64,000 nt of DNA from Neodothiora populina (Eukaryota). The notes under the pieces were generated by a model. It made no database searches. It saw nothing but the letters and a program-made list of their open reading frames with translations, and was not told the DNA's origin. Both the position numbers and the translations under genes were made by a program. Each line of letters starts with the position of its first letter. Position 1 is the stretch's first letter. Of the stretch, positions 1-13,600 are shown in pieces. The stretch lies in contig NW_027191408.1 of the NCBI RefSeq assembly GCF_041146345.1, positions 558,001-622,000 on the forward strand, in the 5' to 3' direction.

Positions 1-676
1 AGGTCTTGATACCGAGACCGACGTGACCCTCGGAGTCACCGATGACAACGACGGCCTTGAAGCGGGTACGCTGACCGGCACGGGTCTGCTTCTGGACGGG
101 CTTGATCTGTAGGGAGGACGCTCGAATCAGTATGTGCTCTCGTTTCATGTCGGACTCTGTGCAATTGGATTCCCCAAGCAGTGCCATTTTTCTTTCCTCT
201 CTTGCTTGCAATGTCAGTGTCCGCCTTGGCGTTCACAACAACGTGTGGTGCGCAGACCACCCATTGCGACTTCTCAACCAGGTCCGTAGATGCTGAACGT
301 CTCTTTTCCCTTCTTCTGACCTCTGGCTCTTGTTCGCTTGCTCGTTTCCCCCTCTTCTGCACAGAATCTTCACTCGGCTGCAGAGCTGTTTTCTCACCTT
401 CATGACCTCATCCTTGAGCTTGGGGAGGAAGAAGTCGACGATCTGGTACTCCTTGATGGGGAGAGAGTGGAGGTAGATCTCCTCCATGTTCTTGATCTTG
501 CCGGCCTTGACGAGACGACCGAGCTTGGTGACGGGCTGCCACTCCTTCTCAGCGTCCTTTGCGCCGCCACGACGAGGTCCCCTGCGGCCACGGCCACGGC
601 CACGCTCTCCACCGCGGTCACCACGGCTGCCGAATCCACCGCGTCCTGCGGGTGCTGGTGCTGCTGCGTCTGCCAT
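1..676 (-). CDS. RPS2: 40S ribosomal protein S2 (uS5), 3' end outside the window
   Basis: RGG-rich N-terminus, then [19 protein letters not shown]...LKDEVMK. Exon 1 is 676-398, intron 397-107 (GTGAGA..TACAG). Exon 2 starts at 106 with [17 protein letters not shown] and runs off the window. Confidence 0.97.
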
Positions 677-1642
677 CTTGATTGTAGAAGTTTCCTTTGG
701 TCAAGGGAAGATGGTCGAATTGTCGTCGCTGGGGAATGAACGGTTCCTGGCGAAGCAAAGCTGAGACGGAGCCCACTCAGATTCTGAAAGTTGCGCGTGG
801 GTGCTCCGTGCTTGCTTAGCGAGAATTTCGGTGCCAAGTCTTTGGGTTGTGTGCAGCCTGTGAGTTGGTCTTGGCATTTGTCCTCTTCCCCCACACCGCT
901 TACTGTAGAGTGCAGCCCGATCGTGGTATGGTACATTACTCGTGGAAAAGTACATCTAGCAGTCTGCATTGTTGTATCCAATTAAAACAACAGTGTCTTG
1001 AGAACTTTGGGCGATATTCTTTCGCTTCAGCACAATGCCTTTGGTCATTCAACAATTTTCTGTTCGTAGAAATAACAACAAGAACGTAATGTCCAAACCC
1101 ATGTCGCTCATAGTCATGACATGGCAGAGAAGAGAAACCACATGAAACTCCTCGGCTCCGATCTCCCCCATAACCTGGTCCTGCCGCTGGTGTCGCAGTG
1201 TACCTCTGTTTTTTTTTACTTGAATCATTTCTCTATCCTAACCATTCTTTTCATGCACCGGTTACGCGCAGAGCCTCGTGAAGCGGGGCCTATGACGGAC
1301 GGCTGCTGCGGCTCTGGATCTTGCTTGATATGTGGAGTCTTGGTGCTGCCTTCCAAGGTCGATCGACATTTCTTGTTCTAGTTTTGTGCCCACACAATTT
1401 GGGATCATCTCGCCCAATTCCCTTCCAGTAAACAGCGTACAGCATGTGTGCTCGGTGTGTTGGGCGTTCTTCCCAGACCGGCCTTTCCTCTCCGCTCCTA
1501 CCACAGCATGATGCGGAGAGGCGTACTTGCGAGCCGAAAGCCTTGTTGATGTGAAAAGCGATCGGCTCGGTGATATGTTGTAGACTCTTGCAGGTGGTGC
1601 ACAGCCTTTTTCAACTTTTCGAGACATGATCGGGTGCGCCGC

Positions 1643-3301
1643 TTAATAGCTCTGGGGGAATTGGCTGGCTGGAGGACTGTTAAGCATATTCTGTCGCTCG
1701 TTCCTTCCCTTCTTGATGTGCCTCTTCAGTGCAGTGGAATCGAGCGGCTTCAACAATTCAAAGCTGCACAGCAGCTCGCCCGAGACCGACATGACGGCGC
1801 CCCAATTGTCGAACTCTCCGCAGTACTATAACGAGCTGTCAGCCATGGCGTCATACGTCTCGTCTGCGAGGCTACTTACATTTGGCGCTGAAAAGACTGT
1901 CACAAGAACTCTATCCGTGAAAAACTCATAGCCGTCCTCGACGACCATGTGCGCTCGGCAGACCAAATCGAAGTCATGCTTTGCCAAAAATTCCATAATG
2001 ACCTTCTTGCCAAAACAGTAACTGACACCTCGTTCATTGGCCTCCCAGTCAGCCTCCATATCTGCTGGATCACTCCACAGTAGGTCGTTGAGCAGGCCGT
2101 AGTCAGGAACATCGGTTGGTCGAGCAATGTTGCGGATATCGTCCATATGCGTCAAGCTTGGGGACAAACCACCGTGCACACAGAAGATCTTGCCGGCAAC
2201 GATGGCTGCAATGGGCAGAGTATTGAAGGTGTCGACGAAACTCTTCCATATCTTGACGTTCGTCCTTCTCTTACATTCATCATAAAATCCATAGACACGA
2301 GTGACGTTGGCACACTCATGATTTCCCCTCAAGAGGAAGAAGTTCTCCGGAAACCTCAGCTTGTAGCAGAGGAGTAGGAGGATCGTCTCGAGTGATTGCT
2401 TGCCACGGTCCACATAGTCACCCAGGAATAGATAGTTGCTGTTCGGGGGGAAGCCACACATCTCAAACATGCGGATGAGATCGGTGTACTGGCCATGAAC
2501 GTCACCGACGATCTTGACAGGTGGTGAAAGCTCGATCAAGGCGGGTTGTGACAGGAAAACCTCTCGCGCAGCCTGACAGATGGCGGTGATCTCGGCGTTC
2601 TTCAAACACACCGTCTTTGTGACCTTTCCTGCATATCCCGCATCGATAAGGCGCTTGATCATGTCATCGAGATCGCCAGGCTTGAGTGCACCGATCGCCA
2701 TGTCTCCACTCGGCGGTGAGTTTGACGAGAGCGCCAACGCAAGAGCGGCGGGACTTGACTTGTTGACGGTGGTGCTCTCCTTCTTCATCAGAATCGATTC
2801 TCGCGGCTCTTGTAGGGTGCCGACATGCAGGGCGCCGGTAGGCGGAGCATCGGACACAGCGTCGACTTCGCCCGTACGTTGGGCCTTTGCAATCTCGGAA
2901 TGGCCGTGACCCAAAGAAGATGACATGGTCGGCGACGGCGGTGGTTGTGGTGCAGCGGGCGAGACTGGCTCGCTTCCAACGGCGCTGTTCCTCCTAGAGC
3001 CACTGCCCTCGGTGTCTACCTTTGCAAGCGATGGCGTTGATCCGGTGCGTCTGTGATTTTTGTTGCTCGTGCCTGATTGGATGGACAGAGCATCCGTCGA
3101 GTCCATCGCGGCGCCATCTCTGGGCGATGACAGATCAGCAGAAGATGCTCTGGGCGAATCAGAAGATACCTTGCCCGGTATTTTGGACTTTATAGAGCTC
3201 CGTAGGGATCGAGAGGACTCTTTTGTGTCTGAGCGCGAGAAGGAGGGGTATTTCTGAAAGCCAGGGTCGCTGCTTTCGCCTTTTGAAGGCTGATTACCCA
3301 T
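1643..3301 (-). CDS. PPZ1: Ser/Thr protein phosphatase Z (PP1-related, PPZ type)
   Basis: Myristoylation-type start MGNQPSK, Ser-rich N-terminal arm, PPP motifs GDVHG, GDYVDRG and RGNHE. Exon 3301-1880 (…FSAPN), intron 1879-1826, exon 1825-1643 ([12 protein letters not shown]…QSY*). Confidence 0.93.
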
Positions 3302-4946
3302 TGTGTTCTAAGTTAAAGATGTGCGTTTGGGTCGTGTCGGTAAGGTAGCAATTCCGAAACTTCGCAGAGTCGATGTCGCGTGAGTTGGGCACTGACGTGA
3401 ATGATCGGAAGAGTCTATGGAAATTTGTACAGGGTAGGGGATAAATCAGATATGAGGCCTGGAGGGGATGCTGAGGTCAGGACATGTGCGTTGTCGCAGT
3501 CTCCAGCCACGTCGAGATAGTTGTGAGATGATGGAGGAGATGGTCTCGTAAGTATGCAAGTTTGGCAGTGACGAGTAAACAAGTCGGTTTTGGTATGGAG
3601 ATGTTTTGGATTGAAGGAAACGAGCGAGCAACACAGTGGTATATTCACCGATTCACCGAGTACACCGATCCGATACGACGAGATGTAAGATGATGGTCCG
3701 ATGGAGTTTGGCGGATATAGATGCAGTCAAGTTCGAGTCGCGGACCTTCACTTTTTGCCTTCCGACAGGAGAGACGGCTTGGTCAGGCTAAGGTGAGGTA
3801 GGGTAACGTAAGGCAGAGAGAAAGTAAGGTACAATGTAGCTGCCTGCTAGCTTGGGGAGGGTGCGGGAAGGAAGAGCTAGACCAGATTGAAAGTTCCAAG
3901 GATGGATTTATTGATTGTGTGAGTCAGAGGTAAAGTACGAGTGGATTGTGGTCTACCGCCGAGGAGCTTCGCAGCAGAGTTACTTTTTTGGTATGTGCTA
4001 TATGGGAGGAGGTGTGGTGTAATATTGTAAGGCAGAGGCAGTTGCGTATACCGCGAGTCACAGGTACCTAAGGTAAGACAACGAGAGAAACGCACACGAT
4101 GACGCCCGTCTGCGGCAAACGCCGGGGCTTGGGAATGTCTTGGTGCGGGTCACCGAGAGAGATGTGGATGAGAAAGACTGGCCGTGCCTTGGGTCTAGAA
4201 TCAACACTGTAATCCTTGGTATCAGACTACAATATCAATTGCTTACTGAACTGTCTACGCTACCTCCTGTTTGTGCTTATGGTACATAGCTCAAGCTTTT
4301 GTGCTTCAATGTACGGAAGATGACAGGACAGCTGAATTGGTCTGCATCTCATTAGCACCAAGGTCCTATAGCCATGGTTGAAGTTGCAATACACCGATAC
4401 ATTCTCTTGATCAATATCATGCTTCTTCGTGGTTACACTTGCTGCCATGCAATCGAAGACTGCATCTTACCTCACAACTTCTGCAAATGCTTATACACCA
4501 GATACAGTACACAGACATGTCGGTACCTGTACTCCGCAAGCATACCTTAGGTAGAGTACTTAGCTACCTGGACCGAGAGAGGCGCAGTGGCGTTCTCAGA
4601 GCAGCCCCAAAAGCCAATCATTGATAATGACAACATACCACCTGTTCTCCTTTAGGATGTCATGGTGATATCTGTGAAGCGACTGCAAACCATGTGCCAG
4701 CGAGCTTGACCTCGTTGGAGGAAAGGGGGCAACTCTTTCGTGGTACGAGCAATGTCCCTCCACCTGCATTAGCGTATCATGTTCCACCGGGCGGAGATAG
4801 ACTATCTGGGCAGCGCAGAAGCCAATCTGGGTGCCTACGTGTACGCGCGCACTCTCAGTAGTGGGGACTGCGGCAATAACATTACTTTTCAAGCTTGTGT
4901 GGCTAAGTCGTGACCAACGTCGCACGCTTCTGGCATACCAAAAGAG

Positions 4947-6799
4947 ATGATGTTGCCAGCGATGAAGTCTGTTCTTCTAGCATCTCTCGCCGTCTTAGGT
5001 CGCTCTTGTCAGATTGGCCAGTACCTACTGAGCGATGATAGCCCTACTAGATATACGCCGTTCAGCTCAGAATTTGACTTCTTCGTCGAAGAACTATTGA
5101 GAGAGTGGCATGTTTTTGGTCTAGCCATTGCTGTCGTTCACGCGAACGAAACTTGGTCAAAGGTAAGACTCGACTGTCGTGTATTCACGAAACGCCAATA
5201 TGTGACCCCACGCCCACATCCATGTCCGTGAAATCTACCTTGCTTGCCTTTGACATTCCAGAAAAGCCCGCATCTCACAGTAGTAACATTGGGAAAGGGA
5301 TATGGTTATGCGGTCCTTCCGGACGAGCCAGTGACTCCACACACTCTGTTTCAAGGCGCTAGCACGACTAAGTCCTTCACAGCCTCATTGGCGGCCTTGC
5401 TAGTCGACGACAATGATGCTTTTAAAACCGTTCAGTGGTCAAGCTCGATGCATGATCTGCTCGGGACCGAATTCGTCCTTGCCGATAAGGATCTAACCCA
5501 ACATGTGACCGTCCAAGATGCACTCTCCCACAGAACTGGTATTCCAAGACACGACGCAGCCTGGGTCAATAATGATATCGATGTCGAAGGAGAAGTGCAT
5601 GCTTTACGATACCTGCCAGCCTCTGCCCCTTTGCGAACCAAGTTCCAGTACTGTAATCTGATGTTCACAGCCGTGTCTCATCTGATTCAGATAGTCACAC
5701 ATAAGTGGCATGGCAACGTGTTACGTGAATGGCTATGGGATCCACTCGGGATGAACCAGTCATACTATTCCTACGCAGACGCGCACAAGTGCCGGCTTAC
5801 AGATGCTCGGTGCAAGATGGCCACCGGGTATGCCTGGAACAACGTGAGTCAGAAATATCATGCCATCCCGGACTCAGCATACCACGCCGGCAACGGGGCT
5901 GGCGGTATCATTTCAAATGTCCTTGATTATAGCAAGTGGCTCCGAGCTCTGATCTATGAAGACGGCCCGGTCCCTGCGGCGGGCCATTCGGCCATAAAGT
6001 CGCCAATGTCTGTTGCTGCTGCTGACCAGTATCCTTACTCGGGACCTCTGTGGTATGGCTTGGGTCTCGAAGGAGGTGTATACCGAAGCCATAAGGTACA
6101 CGGACACAGTGGAGCGATAGGAGGGTACTGGTCACGTTTTGCTGTTGTGCCAGACAAACAATGGGGATTCATCGCGTTTCAGAACGCATCTGGCCGTGTG
6201 ACGGACGTTGTTCAGTGGCGGCTCATTGACGAGATGTTGAAGGTCCCTGTGGGCGAGCATGCGGCTATGAACGAGCAGTAAGTGCTTATGGTGTTGTGTC
6301 AGTACAGCAAACAGTTACTGCGAGGCTAACAACCAATGACAGCCTTCTCAAGAAAGAAGCCGAGGAGCTGGAGTCGAGACGTACGCTCCCGAGCAAGCTC
6401 TACTCTACCACTCCGTCGCAGCCAATACCTCCGAGTCTATCGCTGACTTACTACGAGGGTAGCTACCGCCATGCAGGCTATGGTCATATCAACCTCACAC
6501 TGACAGCACCCGTATCCGATGTAGTTCACAGCTCTCCGATCAAAGGCGCAACTGACGCGGCACTATACGCCATGGGTAGGTGTGAAGAGTCACTGTACAC
6601 ACTGCGTCACGCATCGGGGGAGCATTGGCTGCTGGAAATGAGATATCACGTGCACAACACGCAAGTGGTAGACGGCTATACCAAGGCAAGATTCGAGATA
6701 GGTTCCAGCGGGGCAGTGGGACGACTGGGAGTGATGTGGGACGCGTCTGAGCAGGAGGAAGATGAAGGATGGGTCTGGTTCCATAAGAGTAGACAGTAG
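4947..6799 (+). CDS. Secreted beta-lactamase/transpeptidase-fold serine hydrolase with C-terminal DUF3471-like domain
   Basis: Signal-peptide-like start, SxxK (ASTTKSF), YxN (YCN) and HSG motifs, C-terminal YEGSYRHAGYG. Exons 4947-5162, 5298-6277, 6343-6799; phases join correctly. The first acceptor (AAG at 5295-5297) is the least certain. Confidence 0.85.
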
Positions 6800-7385
6800 T
6801 GATGCTATGGTACAGTACAGTAGCTTGCTTGCCTTACAGTATCTTACAGTAGACAGGGTGCGGAGATACTTGTACATTAGGTTGTATGCCTCAAGGTATG
6901 GATGGAAGTGGAGGTGGAGGCGGAGAAGCAACGTCATCAGGGTCTCTCTAAGGTATTCTTCTATGGCTTGCGTGGCTCGTGCTGCGAAGGAATCCAAGAT
7001 GCAAGATTCAGAGGAGATTCAGAGGTCGGAAAAGCGTGCATGTTTTGTGCTTGGGTTGTTGTCCATTATCGCCATTGCTTTCTTCGCTGCGAGGACAGGT
7101 TTGTGTTCCACGTCAGGCATCTGTGTTTTACTCTGTTGTACACTTTCCACCTCTGCATCCGGGCGCTTGAGCTTCGGTGTTTCTTTTCATCTCTCCATCT
7201 CTGTGTCCCACAATAATAACATAGATTGTTTCCTTCCCCATTAGGCTTGATCCCCACCAACACCCCTCCATTTGCAATAAATTATCAGCCTGACCACACA
7301 CACTTTCCCTCCCCCTTTCACAAATCGGCAGAGTATCACAGCATTCATCGCCACGATCTCGGCTTGAACAAGGCCTGCGACAACC

Positions 7386-8966
7386 ATGGTCAAAGACACG
7401 GCCTACTACGATGTGCTCGGTCTGCCGCCGACCGCCTCGGAGATTGAGATCAAGAAGGCATACCGCAAGCTGGCCATCAAACTCCATCCCGACAAGAACC
7501 CCGGCGACGAGACCGCACACGCAAAGTTCCAGGAGATTGGTGAGGCCTATCAGGTCTTGTCGGATCCTGCGCTGCGCAAGAGATACGATGACTTTGGCAA
7601 GGATGGAGCCATGCCCAGCTCTGGCTTCGAGGACCCGAGCGAGATGTTCACAGAGATCTTTGGTGGTCACGCGTTTGCCGAGTGGTAAGCTTTATTTCTT
7701 TTTGTCGGTATAGGACACTAATCGCTGACAACGTCAAGGATCGGTGAGATTTCCATGGTGAGAGATCTAGAAAAGTCCATGGAGATCACCATGAGACACG
7801 ACGAGGAGAATGCAAAGATAGAACACGAGATGGAGGAAGCTGCCATGGAGGCTGGAGCCGCTGGTGTCGACGTCGGCATGGACAACACAGCCATCCCTGC
7901 AGCTTCTGCCGCCGGTGACAGGGCGGCCGCGGCCTCGGTATCCGAAGATATGGAGAACATGCACCTGCACGAGAAGGGCGCCGCTGCCGCTGCAGCATCA
8001 GAGACTGACTCGGGGACCTCGACTCCGTACTCGTCGGAGAAACCCACCGGAGTGCCTACCAGGCTCGCCATCACCGACCGTGCCGAAGAGGAGGCTCGCA
8101 TGGAAGCTGCGGGTGTGTCCGAGGAAGAGAAGCAACTGCGCGAGAAGTCGAAGAAGAAGGGTGGGCTGACCAAGGAGCAACGCGAAGAGCTTGCCGCCTT
8201 CGAAGCTGAGAGACAGAAGGTGCGCCAGGAGCGCGTGGATGACCTCGCCAAGAAACTCGTCAACCGCTTGTCTCTGTGGACCGAGACCGACAAGGGCAAG
8301 GACGTGACCCAGTCTTTCCGCAAGAAAATGGAGGAGGAGGTGGAGAATCTGAAGATGGAGTCCTTTGGTCTCGAAATCCTACACGCCATCGGACAAACCT
8401 ACACCTCCAAAGCCGCCACCTTCATCAAGTCGCAAAAGCCCATCATCGGTGGAGTCACCGGCTTCTTCTCACGTCTTAAGGACAAGGGCACTCTTGTCAA
8501 GGAGACTTGGGGCACCGTCAGCACAGCCATCTCTGCTCAGATGGAGATCGAGGACATGGCCAAGGCCGAGGAGCGCGGCGGTGAGGACTGGACCGACGAG
8601 CGCAAGATGGAGTTTGAGCGTCGCGTCACTGGAAAGATCCTCGCTGCCGCTTGGAGAGGATCCAAATTCGAGATCCAGAGTGTGCTTCGCGACGTCTGCG
8701 ACAAAGTCCTCTACGATAAGACCGTCAAGCTGGACAAGAGAGTGGAGCGCGCACATGCTTTGGTCGTCATCGGAGACGTCTTCAACAAAGCCGCCAGGAC
8801 AAGCGAGGAGGAGGGCGACCATCTGGCTTTTGAGCAGCTCATGGCCGAGGGCATGGCCAAGAAGGACAAGAAGAAGAAGAAAGAGGATAAGAAGTCCGAG
8901 ACCGGGTCTGCTCACCACCACTCCCACCACTCAGATTTCGCTCGTCCTTCTTCCGCCCAAGCCTGA
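7386..8966 (+). CDS. Hsp40 J-domain protein with DnaJ-X domain (Djp1/Caj1-like)
   Basis: [12 protein letters not shown]…KLHPDKN J-domain and [15 protein letters not shown]naJ-X region. Exons 7386-7684 and 7739-8966, intron GTAAGC..CAAG with GCTGAC branch point. Confidence 0.92.
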
Positions 8967-9222
8967 GTCTTCCTTCTTCCTATCTGCCTCTCTGTCCCCT
9001 GCCTCCGCTTGTCTATTCACACAACTCTTTGTCTCGGCCTTTAGCGATCTGGGCGGCGTGGGCTTTTTTTTGGTTTCTGATTTACTCGACGAAATCTCCG
9101 CCGCTATTTTCTCTGCACTCTCCATCAATCGTGTTTCGTTTTTGCTCTTCTGCAGGAGCAGAGAGAAGGATGTTGACTTATGCTCGGGTCAAGTTTCTTT
9201 TTATATACACTATCAAGTCACC

Positions 9223-9594
9223 ATGCCTACCATGCCATGCCATACCATACCATACCTACTCACATCTCTCCCACTGTTCTCTTCCTTTGACACCCATTTG
9301 CCAGATTCGAAAAGCACTTCCCACGAAAACTACAAACCTCCCCCAACTCAAGCTCCACCCACTAACACTAACACCCATACAAGTTTCCACAGCGACCCAG
9401 CCTACGCCGGCCTCTCCTTCATAACACTCATCCTGCCCGACCACTCGACCCGCCGAAACTGGTTGTCGCTGTCCTGGGCCGTCTATCTCTGGTTCTGCAT
9501 CCTGCTGGCCGGAGCCATGCCTTTGGGTCTCGACAATGCGCCTCAAAAGGCTTGGGGAAGTGCGGGTTCGTTGGGGTCGTTGTTTAGTTGTTGA
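9223..9594 (+). other. Possible small membrane-protein ORF or orphan coding exon
   Basis: ATG at 9223 (GTCACCATG) opens 123 codons. The part after a CTAAC…CAG acceptor-like site (9390-9392) has C/G-ending codons and hydrophobic segments (…GLSFITLILP…WAVYLWFCILLAGAM). No family recognised. Confidence 0.3.
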
Positions 9595-10421
9595 TCAAGT
9601 GCGTTTTGGCGGGGGTTGTGTACTAAACTAGTGTAGAAGAGAGCGAGAGAGGATTCAGATTCGAGGTGTCTTGCAATAGAGTACGAGGATTGCGGAATCA
9701 TGATAGCATTCTTTATGAGCTAGAGCGAGAGAGGACCGTCAAGCAGTAAAATGAAATGCATGTATGGTGAACTCGAGGGCGACCCTGTCTAGTCGCGCCA
9801 AGTACCAAGACTTCACTCTACCATTGTCCAGAACGACTGTTCCTCTATATGGATACTTCGAATCCACTATTGACACGATCTTTGGTTCTCGTGGTAATTG
9901 AACCGTCACATCAACACGGTCTTGGATGTTGACTTGAGTAAATCCTCGACGACCACACTTACGGCAGATCTCCACGGCCAAAGACATCGACAACACTCTA
10001 CACATTACACACAAAAAGCACCAAATGCCACTACCACACACAGGTCAAAAACGATCATGAATCAGCAACAGTCCAACCAGCAGCATCTACAGCAACCAAT
10101 ACCTTGCATGATCAATTCACCCCTGACCAGTCCAACACCCAGCCACTAAGAGGAAATCAAGACTGCACAGCAGTAGCGTACAGCAAGTAGCCGTAAGAAC
10201 ACTGCGCGGAGGAGCCGTCTGGTCTAGACTTACCGTACCTCCTTTACTATCACACTTCCCGCCTGACACTTCACAACAGTGCTGGCGCGTGCCCAGGCCA
10301 GGTTCAGTACAGCAGCAGCTCGTGGCCTTGCAATCAGCTATTTTCTCAGCTATCAGCTCTCGGCTGGTAGAGCACGAGAGGGTGTATTTGTTTCAGCTAA
10401 GTACAGGGCCAGCAAGGAGTG

Positions 10422-10683
10422 TTATCGGAGAAACTAGTGGTTCGGCCTGATATGGCAGTACTGGATGTATGGTACTGGGTAGATGGTTCAGCATGTTAGA
10501 CTACGACGATCATGTCGGCTACGAGTCCGGCGAGGATCATTGGGGAATCAGTGGTTCGGTTGGCTGTAGCTGTATCATTGGAGAAATAGTCCTGATGTTG
10601 GCTATAGGTAGTATATACTGGGTAAAATCAGTTCAGCTGGCTGGCTGTAGCAGTATTATCGGAGAAACATGTCACTGTAGCTG
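10422..10683. repeat. Degenerate ~38-42 bp tandem repeat (about 5 units)
   Basis: Recurring ATYRTYGGAGAAA…GTTCRG…TGGCTGTAGC-like blocks starting near 10422, 10536, 10574, 10613 and 10655. Confidence 0.55.
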
Positions 10684-13600
10684 AAATCGCGATATTCAGC
10701 CTACCTACCTTATGGAGTGTACAGCAAGTAGCTAGCGGTGACATGTCCGAAGTAGGTGTTAGTAAATGGTAGCAACACGAATTAGGACAAGGTTCCTTTG
10801 TTTACTTTTTGAGACTTTCCAACATTGATATAGTGCAGTGCAGAGGTACCTTTGTATTGTAAACAAGTCTCTTGCCGTCTGGCATAATCTCAAGCAACGG
10901 CCTTGCGCATCAGGCTATTGTCGTTACTACTACAGGGAACGAGATACGGTACTGTACGTATACTATTCTCTTGACTACCCAAATGTACAGGGAATATGTC
11001 TACAAGTACTGTACAATACAAGGCATAGGTCGTACGAGCTAGGGTGCATGATATACAAAGTCGTTGTTGATCTGTGCCTCAACTGATGCTCTGGATCGTT
11101 GTACTAAGCAACAAATCTCAGGTACCTTACTGCATCATCCTTGTCGTTCTGTGCCTTTTTCCTTCAAATCGCACTTCCGTGTAAGCCACCACTGTACTTT
11201 ATTTTACCATGCAGCTTTCTGATGCCCACCCCTGGCCTAGGTTGTTGGTAGCCTCAGCTACTGTACTGTACTGTACTTAGCCAGGTCCAGCTGGTGCGGC
11301 TGAGAACGCTGTTTCCCCTGCAATCTATGTGTGATGGTCAAGATAAGGCAGGTGGCCCATAAAGATACTTGTCGCTTGCCTTTACTATCTTACCTACGGT
11401 ACCTACAGTACAAGTCTTGCACTTCAGTCATAATTTGGTGCCTGTAACTTTCGGCATCTGAGCCTTGATTTTATATGGCATTGCGTTGGCTTTACCTTCC
11501 ATGTCTTCTTACACTTTGTTGCGTCGCTACAACCTTCCACGAAGAAGAAAAGTGGCTGTGACGAGCAAACTTTGTAGAAAAGGTAATTCTTGTTCCTTGA
11601 TATTTTGTGGATGCTCGGTCGCGGCGATCCCGGGACCACGGGCGTGTTTTCATTTGACCTTGGCAAGGAAGTTTAAATGTCTATACTCATCCTGTTATGT
11701 GTTGCGATGCGTTGCGTTGCGTGCGTAGACGACGACCGGCATTTCCGGCAATGCAAGCGCATTCCTTGCAGAATACAGATGTTCATGATCGAGGGCTATA
11801 TGCTGAAGCTTGTAAAATTGGTCTAGAAGACGAGAAAGTTTTTTCCGGTCGATATTTTGTGTTCTTCCCAATCTCGAAGGCGCGCGTCTGGAAGCATGCG
11901 AAATGATGATGTTTCTATTTGCGAAAGCAACTTGGCAAAAAAGTCTAAAACCAAGGTTTCGAGAATAGAGATAATTATGGTCGTCCGACTTGAGAGCGTG
12001 GTTCGGGAAGCCAAGGCACCGCACCCGTAAACAGCAAGTAAAGGCTAGGCAAGCTACCGTAATGGTAAGAGATGAAACTTGCGTACGTTCACAGTACGCC
12101 TTTCCCAATAGACTGTGCTCTCTTTAGCTGTGACGCCATAGTCTCAAGTGGATTACTCTGCGAACGACATGGTTCGATGGGCCTGCGTGCTAAATACAAG
12201 CACAAGAAAGGATCTATTTCGGTATCGAGCATCGATCCTCACGCATCTCTGAAAATCACGATCGTGATAATTCGGACATATCCGAGAATGGCTAGGTGTA
12301 CGCTGACTGGGGGTTGATTGAGGACTCGAGTCAATCGCAAGGTTAATACAGCAGAATAGATTGTCACGGTATCTCAGGTACGTATCAAGGTCCACGTGGG
12401 ATTTGTGTGTGGCGCCCGCTTGAAACTCTAGTCAGATATCGAATGCCAACTGTTAGATACTTGTATACGTTGCTATCAATGGCTTGACCTCCCGCAAAAC
12501 CACTCGATCTGAGCAAGTTAGCGCAACAACCTACTCTTGTTGCGTGATCATGTCGGATGTAGAGAGCCGGCTGCTGTAGCCAAGATAATGCCTGGCTAGG
12601 TAGCTGCGAGGATTCAAATCAGAGGAGCAATGAGGGGAAGGACGAAGGGAGGAGATTGCCCCGTGTACGATGCCGACTTCACAACAAGGTAATCAAGGTA
12701 CGTCAGGCACCACTTGAGGCAGTTCCTCCGTGCTAGCGCAGCCACACTTTGCTCTGCAGTAACTGTGAGACGTCCACGTTGCAACTATCACATCATCATT
12801 CGGTTACCTACAACATGCGTGTTCATGTCGTCTTATTGTCCACCGATTCAAGGACGAATCAGGTAAAGCGAAGGGTTCGCTCCCTTCCCACGCGGACAAT
12901 CGTACGTTGTCATTGCATGCTGCACGCTGTGAAATAGAGTGTTCAGGTGCCTCACCGGTGCAGATCAAACTCACGATATGAAGATGGCCATGCACAGCTA
13001 CTCCACAGGCACTGCCGCTTACATACCCCTTGCCCTGTCTCCAGATCCAAGCTGCTGACTGTCATACCCTTGATCGACTTTCGTGCCAAGATGGCATCAT
13101 GTGCACCACAAGGACATACGCATCAGGCACCGATGTCCATTGCATACTGAACTATAAACGCTAGCTGTCACTTCGCATAAAGTGCCGGCATCGTGTGATG
13201 TATGCCAGGGATCATGTGCTCGTTATAGCGTGCTGCACATCCTGAAGGGACAAGTGGACGATGGTCATTGGGCTCACAATCGCCGCGATATGCAATAGGT
13301 CGCTGAATTACCTTGGCACCCTGGCGGGACTGGAAGAGGAAAAGCAAGACGCTGAGTCTAAAAAACCGAACCACCGTACATAGCGTGCATGCAATACCTT
13401 ATCTGAACCCGTACCCTAGCTTGTCGACTCGATGCGTCATGCATGATCAGGCAGACGCACCACCGTGTTGGCTGTGTTAGCTGTTGTCTGCAGCGATTCG
13501 TGCCCCGCCCCTGAGAGAGATGCATTAACGAACCGTGAACGCCTCAGGAGAGATGCCAACATGTCTCACATATGCAGCACCGTCGAGAGACTCATCTAAA

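Noticed and set aside
8365..9222. 409-aa alternative-frame ORF overlapping the DnaJ gene
   Set aside because: Ser/Arg/Pro-rich shadow of a codon-biased gene with no ATG start. Only its distal part is kept as a separate weak candidate.
9640..9735. 14-bp direct repeat AGAGCGAGAGAGGA at 9640 and 9722
   Set aside because: Low-complexity purine sequence with no terminal inverted repeats or element between the copies.
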